A program made the translations under genes and the position numbers. The notes beneath the pieces were generated by a model. The model was not told the origin of the DNA. It saw only the letters and a program-made list of their open reading frames with translations, and made no database searches. A DNA stretch of 46,575 bases from an uncultured Chthoniobacterales bacterium. GTDB taxonomy: Bacteria; Verrucomicrobiota; Verrucomicrobiia; Chthoniobacterales; Terrimicrobiaceae. The stretch spans positions 1 to 46,575 of the forward strand of contig CAZSMN010000002.1 in assembly GCA_964607615.1 (NCBI GenBank), in the 5' to 3' direction. Positions 43,593 to 46,575 of the stretch are shown here, in pieces. Numbering within the stretch: position 1 is the stretch's first letter; the number at the start of each line of letters is the position of its first letter.

Positions 43593-45925
43593 TTGCCGTC
43601 CGCCTTGTTGTTGCCGTTTCCATTGACCTTGCGCCGTGAGGCGACCCTCTGGAGAGCGAAGATGCCGAAGAGGGTGAAGGCGACCGAACCGAGGATGAGG
43701 TGATTGTTGGAGATCGCGGCGAGGCCATCCGCGGCTTTTTCCTTCTGGAGTTTCTCCGTCTCCTCAAGGGATAGCCCGTCCGGGAGGCCTTCCTCGATGT
43801 GTTCTGCGAGCGATGAGGGCTGGAGGTAGCGGGCATCGTAGGCAACGACGCGGTCTTTGGTGTCAACGGCCGCGACCGTTCCGGTGAGGCGATCCCGGAC
43901 CGTGGGCTTCGTGAGCAAGGCAACGGCGGCCTCGCCGCCCAATCCCTCCACGCCACCGACCGTGGCCAGAAGCTCGCCTTTTGTCCATGGCGACACGAGA
44001 AGCTGCGCCAGGCAGAGCGTGCTCTCGATGCTCGAAGCCGGAAGGACCTCGCCGCGGAGGTTGATCGTGCGCTGCTTCTCATCGGATGCCTTCACGGCGA
44101 GGCGGGTTTTCTCCGGCAATGCCTGCGACCACTGGAACACGGAGCCGAGCACGAGACCGGAACGGTTCGCCACGCGGCTGGCTTGCGGAGGATTTCCCGG
44201 GCCGTAGGTCGCCACCTGCGGCCACAAAACAGGCATCGAGGGAAGGTGCGCGCCGAGGAATACGCCAAGGGACTTCAGCAATTCGACACGCTCCCAGTCA
44301 TTTTCCGCGGGCACCATAACGACGGCCCGCCGGAGGAACGCGTCGCGCATCAAGAGCAGGTCGAGACGGCTGAGGTCGCTTATTTTCAGCGGCTCGGTCT
44401 GAATGTTTAACGTCGAGGAGGCGGCCACATTCAGCCACGCCCGCTCATCATTCCGGTGACCGCAATCCACCGTGCCGATATCGAGGTAAGAGGCGAGCTG
44501 GATGCGGGAGGGATCGCGCCCGGGGATACCCTCCGGCACCGGTATCCGCCGCTGTGTGACGGCGGCATTCTCCGCGGTCAGGGCCACACTTCCAATGGAA
44601 ACATCGTTCAGGCGGACATCCAGGGCGGAGGTCTTGTCGAGGTTCTCAGCGTGGCTGAGATCGAGGTTTATAACGCTGCCGGCGGCGATCTGGTAGCCGG
44701 GCGGAAAGCTCCACTGGCGGTCGGCCTCGTTGCGGAAGAGCCCGCGCAGCGTGACGCCTCCATCCGGCATTGATTGGAAGGCGACCGGCAAGCGCGAGGG
44801 GTGGGCGAGTTGCTCCGTGAGAACCGGAACGGCCGGCATTGTGCGGATGATCCACGGGTTTGAGGGAACGGACCCGATCGCGGGGCTGCTCCCGAGGGCC
44901 ATCGCGGCCCTTTCGAGGCCTTCGGCGTCGCCTCCGCTCAGAATCAGCCAGCGGTGCTCGCCGTTGGACGGGCTGCCTGTGATGATCTCAGCGAGGCAGC
45001 CCTCGCCGGGGAGAAGGGTTGAGAGGGTGTCGGCGATGTTCTCCGCAAGAGCGATATCTTTCAGGGTCTTGGCGGTGCCGATCAGGATGCCATTGCGCCG
45101 CTTCGACTCGCCGGCGAAGTCTCCGGTGTCGCCGATTGCGATGCTGTCGCCATCCAAATAGAGAGTCTGAGCCAGCCGTGCCGTGCCGATGAGGAAAGCC
45201 CGGAGGTCGGACTCTGTTGGCGCGTCGGGGACGAGCAAGGCGACAGCGGCCTGGCTTTTGGGTTTCTCGCCTTCCGGCTTTCCGAGATTCATGAGTGCGG
45301 GTTCGGCCAACGAATCCGGAAAGCGCTGAAGCTCGGGGAATAGCGACTGCGGCTCATAGGCCACGCGGAGGTGGCTCCGTGAGTCCATGGAGATCCAGGC
45401 AGCGGGATTATCCACATCGCGGCACGGGACATAGGTCGTTTGCAGGAGGCAGCGGAGCGAAAGCCGGTTCCACCCGGGGATGAGCGCGGACGCATCAAGC
45501 GGGAGGTGGATCTCTTTGCGCTGAGGGGCTGCCGTGGGATCGGTCTGGCCGAGGCGGATGCTCGTGACCGGACGGTCGTTGAGGCTCACGCTGAGCGTCG
45601 AGATATCCGGAAGAAGGATGGGGGAGCTGACGAAGCTGAGAACCAGTTCGGACCCCTGAACGTAGCGAATGTGCTCCGGGAGGCGGATGTAGAGATCCTG
45701 CCCGGCCAACGCTCCCGCAAGCCGCTTCTCGCTGCCGGAGAAGAGGGGGGCGTTAAAAGCCTTGGTTCCGGCGGAGGCCGTCGCGGGAGCGGCTTCCACC
45801 GCCACAGCGGTCGGTGGGATCGCAGGCAGGAGCATCGCTCCCGCAATGCTGCAGAGGAGGGAGAGGCCTCTCTTTGTGCGAAACGTGGTGGGATTTCTTC
45901 CGTTGAGCGGTTTTTGCGTTTTCAT
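43589..45925 (-). CDS. BcsB-like periplasmic subunit with a C-terminal membrane anchor
   Basis: Signal peptide from ATG 45925. Two BcsB-style repeats (ELVLSFVSSPILLPDISTLSVSLNDRPVTSIRL and VINLDLSHAENLDKTSALDVRLNDVSIGSVAL). Single C-terminal TM LILGSVAFTLFGIFALQRV followed by a basic tail. Confidence 0.65.
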   Translation of the reverse strand: MKTQKPLNGRNPTTFRTKRGLSLLCSIAGAMLLPAIPPTAVAVEAAPATASAGTKAFNAPLFSGSEKRLAGALAGQDLYIRLPEHIRYVQGSELVLSFVSSPILLPDISTLSVSLNDRPVTSIRLGQTDPTAAPQRKEIHLPLDASALIPGWNRLSLRCLLQTTYVPCRDVDNPAAWISMDSRSHLRVAYEPQSLFPELQRFPDSLAEPALMNLGKPEGEKPKSQAAVALLVPDAPTESDLRAFLIGTARLAQTLYLDGDSIAIGDTGDFAGESKRRNGILIGTAKTLKDIALAENIADTLSTLLPGEGCLAEIITGSPSNGEHRWLILSGGDAEGLERAAMALGSSPAIGSVPSNPWIIRTMPAVPVLTEQLAHPSRLPVAFQSMPDGGVTLRGLFRNEADRQWSFPPGYQIAAGSVINLDLSHAENLDKTSALDVRLNDVSIGSVALTAENAAVTQRRIPVPEGIPGRDPSRIQLASYLDIGTVDCGHRNDERAWLNVAASSTLNIQTEPLKISDLSRLDLLLMRDAFLRRAVVMVPAENDWERVELLKSLGVFLGAHLPSMPVLWPQVATYGPGNPPQASRVANRSGLVLGSVFQWSQALPEKTRLAVKASDEKQRTINLRGEVLPASSIESTLCLAQLLVSPWTKGELLATVGGVEGLGGEAAVALLTKPTVRDRLTGTVAAVDTKDRVVAYDARYLQPSSLAEHIEEGLPDGLSLEETEKLQKEKAADGLAAISNNHLILGSVAFTLFGIFALQRVASRRKVNGNGNNKADGK

Positions 45926-45986
45926 GTGATGTGGGAAAAATGGCAGGCGTAACCGGTGGGCTGAATAGGGTGAAACCCGCACTCCA

Positions 45987-46574
45987 TTACGGATTCCGGA
46001 GGATCTGCAGGACGGTTGAGGTGGCGGTCCATTTGACGGGGCCGGCTTCAAAATCGGGATTCAGCACGCGGTTGGTGCCGGCAGCCGGACCGAGGAACAC
46101 ATCGTCAAGAAAGAGCGTTCCGGCGGCGCTGGAGTAGGTGTCGGAAAGGCTGAGCCACACCGCCGTGCGCGTTCCGGTGTTGAATGGCGCGCTCGTGTAT
46201 TTGGTCCATGCCGGAGAGCCGTTGCAGCGGACCTGCGCGAGGAGCCTCGTCCAGTTGCTGTTGCCCCAGACCTGAAGCTGCACGGCCCCCGTTCCTTTTG
46301 CCCAGACGGAGGCCACGCAGGTCGTATTCGGGGCGACGCTCACCTTTTGGTAGAGATCTCTCCAGGTGGCCTTGGATCCGATGACGGCCTTCACCCCCCA
46401 GACGCCACTGTGGGTATTTGTTGCGATGCTGCCGGGCGTGGCGGTTGGCGTCGGGGAGACCGTCGGGGACGGGGAAGCGGTGGGTGAGGGGGTGGGGCTT
46501 GGTAACGGGGTCGGAGTAGCGGTCGGAGTAGCGGTCGGAGTAGCGGTCGGAGTAGCGGTCGGAGTAGCGGTCGG
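45987..46574 (-). CDS. C-terminal part of a secreted protein: Pro/Thr linker plus CBM_4_9-like carbohydrate-binding domain (5' end outside the window)
   Basis: The frame is open to the window edge with no stop codon in it between 46395 and 46574. It encodes (PTAT)n..PTPSPTASPSPTVSPTPTATPGS, then WAKGTGAVQLQVWGNSNW..WTKYTSAPFNTG..LFLDDVFL, typical of galactose-binding-like CBMs. Confidence 0.65.
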   Translation of the reverse strand, partial: PTATPTATPTATPTATPTATPTPLPSPTPSPTASPSPTVSPTPTATPGSIATNTHSGVWGVKAVIGSKATWRDLYQKVSVAPNTTCVASVWAKGTGAVQLQVWGNSNWTRLLAQVRCNGSPAWTKYTSAPFNTGTRTAVWLSLSDTYSSAAGTLFLDDVFLGPAAGTNRVLNPDFEAGPVKWTATSTVLQILRNP

Positions 46575-46575
46575 A
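46509..46575 (-). repeat. Perfect 12-nt tandem repeat GGTCGGAGTAGC x5.6, coding for (PTAT)n, running off the window
   Basis: Read directly: copies at 46509, 46521, 46533, 46545 and 46557, plus a partial copy at 46569. All are identical. Confidence 0.95.

Noticed and set aside
46509-46575. CRISPR-like or non-coding VNTR array at the window edge
   Set aside because: The period is only 12 nt with no spacers. The repeats are in frame with the downstream CBM domain and encode a Pro/Thr linker.

Overview
This is a 46.6 kb, high-GC (roughly 63-66% by eye) bacterial chromosomal segment. Gene style suggests a PVC/Verrucomicrobia-type organism, but that is only a guess. I found no rRNA, no intact tRNA, no CRISPR array and no canonical defence or prophage genes. 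Many long ORFs in the track are GC-driven shadow frames opposite real genes and are not called.

Gene content in order:
- 27-2453: an MMPL/RND transporter.
- 2498-11817 (minus strand): a tightly packed gene train of OprB-type porin, AdiA-like arginine decarboxylase, AdiC-like antiporter, a 64-aa membrane peptide, a GxxExxY protein, a SpeF/CadA-like decarboxylase and a PotE-like antiporter.
- 12000-12345: three tandem ~135-140 nt structured repeat units. The last one ends in a tRNA-Ser-like 3' end.
- 12346-12930: a ~45% GC island holding a decayed IS200/IS605 (Y1 transposase) pseudogene.
- 13060-15595: a 94-aa orphan gene, then a xylose-isomerase/EndoIV-fold TIM barrel gene overlapping a 481-aa protein that carries all three archaeo-eukaryotic primase (AEP) motifs plus a Cys-rich C-terminal domain. 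This is the most novel-looking item.
- 15660-23980: hsp20, glmS, a DUF2334-type protein, a NarL-type regulator, an exported PIMT, a lipoprotein cytochrome c, and a LigB/Memo-AMMECR1 fusion.
- 24069-36828: two dense signalling clusters. One is HWE kinase, REC-PAS-HisKA_3 kinase and NarL regulator. The other is a CheB-CheR-PAS fusion, a hybrid kinase, and a divergent HK/RR/REC-HK set. cfa lies between them.
- 36418-46575 (minus strand): an NfrB-type exopolysaccharide locus of CBM protein, BcsB-like, degenerate DUF2334-like, TPR/beta-barrel exporter, NfrB-like GT2 with MshEN-like repeats, WecB and a REC-only regulator.

The candidates for undescribed biology are the AEP/TIM-barrel pair and the composite NfrB/BcsB/DUF2334 polysaccharide machine. 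All functional calls rest on motif recognition by eye and need profile or structure searches.
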